A DNA stretch of 64,000 bases. Source: Octopus sinensis (Eukaryota). A program made the translations under genes and the position numbers. This document shows, one piece after another, positions 63,565 through 64,000 of this stretch (positions are counted from its first letter, which is position 1; each line of letters begins with the position of its first letter). The notes beneath the pieces were generated by a model that had not been told where the DNA came from, did not search any database, and saw only the letters and a list, made by a program, of their open reading frames with translations. The DNA lies in contig NC_043002.1 in assembly GCF_006345805.1 (NCBI RefSeq), positions 35,402,001 through 35,466,000 on the forward strand, written 5' to 3'.

Positions 63565-63830
63565 ACTAGTGGTAATGACTGGGAGTATCCAGTACAGTCA
63601 GTAGACCATAATAAGTTTCCATGACCAAAAGCATTAGCTGTGTCTAATTCAGGTTCTGAATTAGCAAACTGCTGCAGATGGTTGTATGATAGTACAATAA
63701 GAAACCAATTATTATTTGTACTACCATTAAAATAGTCTGAAGATTTGTATTAGTGCAAAAACTTCATTAGCCTCACCTTATGGTTTTGAACAATTGAACA
63801 AAAGATATCTGTCTATCAATATATAAATAA
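63565..63830. repeat. Partner of the 56833-57097 block
   Basis: Direct alignment by eye. Confidence 0.95.
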
Positions 63831-63872
63831 ATAAATAAATATATAAATAAATAAATATATATATATATATAC

Positions 63873-63936
<64 letters not shown>

Positions 63937-64000
63937 ACACACACACATAGGTGTAGATGTGGTTGTGTGATAAGAAGTTTGCCTTCCAACCATATGGTTG

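Overview
AT-rich, microsatellite- and transposon-dense eukaryotic DNA, most likely octopus or another coleoid cephalopod (inferred from the tRNA-derived SINE families, RTE LINEs with (GAT)n tails and composition). One host gene is supported on the + strand: a PXYLP1/ACPL2-like histidine-phosphatase-family gene. The proposed model is 9871-9979, 13921-14127 and 15794-16974 (1497 nt, 498 aa, one GC-AG intron). Its ORF is intact, but every catalytic or phosphate-binding residue appears replaced, so it is a candidate pseudophosphatase. Downstream, a relatively TE-poor stretch (about 19-30 kb) holds five related covarying hairpins with CAGUG-type loops (IRE-like) and a ~1.2 kb four-unit palindrome. 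The rest is a mosaic of RTE, CR1, R4/Dong, HERO-like and Penelope retroelements, SINEs, mariner, piggyBac, hAT, MITEs and a Helitron that has captured a piggyBac fragment. All family assignments come from motif recognition and from reference sequences recalled from memory, not from database searches. TE boundaries are approximate unless a TIR or TSD is quoted.
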